DNA from: Bacteroidales bacterium
Lineage (GTDB): Bacteria > Bacteroidota > Bacteroidia > Bacteroidales > JBBRXJ01
Assembly: GCA_038248505.1 (NCBI GenBank)
Contig: JBBRXJ010000005.1
Coordinates: forward strand, 1-61,337
Length of the DNA stretch: 61,337 nucleotides
Direction: 5' to 3'
The position numbers and the translations under genes were made by a program. This document shows, in pieces, positions 60,461 to 61,337 of this stretch; positions within the stretch are counted from its first letter, which is position 1; the number at the start of each line of letters is the position of its first letter. The notes under the pieces are model-generated. The model worked only from the letters and a program-made list of their open reading frames with translations. It did no database searches and was not told the DNA's origin.

Positions 60461-61337
60461 ATGGAAGTGTATGTTACAGGCATTGGTTGTATTAGCTCAC
60501 TCGGAGATAATGTTACTGATAATCTTAAAAGATTAAGAAAAGGTCAGCATGGACTATCCTTAGCAACCCATTTTGAATCAAAATTTTCTACTTCATTTTA
60601 TTTTGGAGAGATAAAACGTGATAATCAATCTTTAATTGATGAGCTTAATCTCCAAGCAAATACAGGTCTAACACGCAGCGATTTACTCGCGATCAAAGCA
60701 TTTTCAGAGGCAATTATTTCTTCAGCCTTAACACATGAGCAATTAATTTCACCTGATACAGCATTTATATCTGCTAGTACTGTTGGTGGCATGTGTATTA
60801 CTGATCAATTATACCGCGATGCTAATTTACTTTCTGATTCTGTAGAATATCTCGCATCTTATTCCTGTGCTGCACATACGCTAAAGATCGCTGAATTATT
60901 AGGACTAAAAGGCTTAACGAATACTATTAATACCGCTTGCTCCTCATCAGCAAATGCAATAATGTATGGTTCGCGTTTAATACAATCAGGTCGAGCTAAA
61001 AGAGCTATTGTTGGTGGTGTTGATAGCTTGGCTAAATACACAGTTAACGGATTTAATGCCCTTCAAATTCTCTCAGCAGAGCCTTGTAAACCATTTGATT
61101 CAGAACGTACCGGATTAAACTTAGGCGAAGCGGCAGCTTATCTTATTTTAGAATCAGAGACCGAAGTGAAAGATAAAAAAATACTCGCAAAGTTGACGGG
61201 CTATGGAAATACTAATGATGCCTATCATAGTTCATCAATGTCTGATTCGGGTATAGGCGTTAAGGCTTCGATTAATGAGGCTTTAACGAAAGCAAAAATC
61301 TCCAATGATTTAATTGATTACATAAATGCACATGGTA
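60461..61337 (+). CDS. Beta-ketoacyl-ACP synthase (FabB/F-like, aryl-polyene KS type), partial
   Basis: Not in the ORF track because it runs off the edge. Reads MEVYVTGIGCISSLG...NTACSSSANA...PCKPFD..RTGLNLGEAAA...NDAYH...YINAHG. Confidence 0.92.
   Translation, partial: MEVYVTGIGCISSLGDNVTDNLKRLRKGQHGLSLATHFESKFSTSFYFGEIKRDNQSLIDELNLQANTGLTRSDLLAIKAFSEAIISSALTHEQLISPDTAFISASTVGGMCITDQLYRDANLLSDSVEYLASYSCAAHTLKIAELLGLKGLTNTINTACSSSANAIMYGSRLIQSGRAKRAIVGGVDSLAKYTVNGFNALQILSAEPCKPFDSERTGLNLGEAAAYLILESETEVKDKKILAKLTGYGNTNDAYHSSSMSDSGIGVKASINEALTKAKISNDLIDYINAHG

Noticed and set aside
1-61337. CRISPR arrays, tRNA/rRNA genes, intact transposases, integrases, reverse transcriptases or prophage genes
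   Set aside because: None recognised by eye; a diverged small RNA gene could have been missed.

Overview
This is an AT-rich chromosomal window of a Bacteroidota organism, probably Bacteroidales/Marinilabiliales-like. Support: a T9SS C-terminal sorting tail at the left edge, TAnnTTTG -7 promoter boxes, an extended S16 and a dar/flexirubin-type cluster. Layout: (1) 0.3-9.3 kb, a cytoplasmic signalling cluster of two soluble multi-PAS HisKA_3 kinases, two NarL-type regulators and a stand-alone receiver. It is interleaved with three copies of a short motif-plus-terminator element (TTCATGGTTTTAGGTTTA) that is complementary to the translation-start region of the first regulator, and with decayed repeat and IS200 remnants. 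(2) 9.4-37 kb, mostly housekeeping and catabolic genes: GH29 fucosidase, hydrolases, ssb, pepP, ferredoxin, S41 protease, dCMP deaminase, PfkB kinase, corA with an apparent leader-peptide attenuator, cyclophilin, trxA, dnaE, rpsP-rimM, a repeat-containing pseudo-GH16, recJ, ribD, prmC and recX. (3) 37.5-50.4 kb, two convergent glycan loci: a Gtr-like lipid-linked sugar modification operon and a wzx/wzy glycosyltransferase operon. (4) An orphan beta-propeller sensor kinase and the start of a darA/darB flexirubin/aryl-polyene-type cluster, truncated at the right edge. The best candidates for undescribed biology are the paralogous anti-start-codon sRNA-like elements wired into the two-component cluster and the two-uORF leader of corA. 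All calls come from reading the sequence by eye; no database searches or folding calculations were run.
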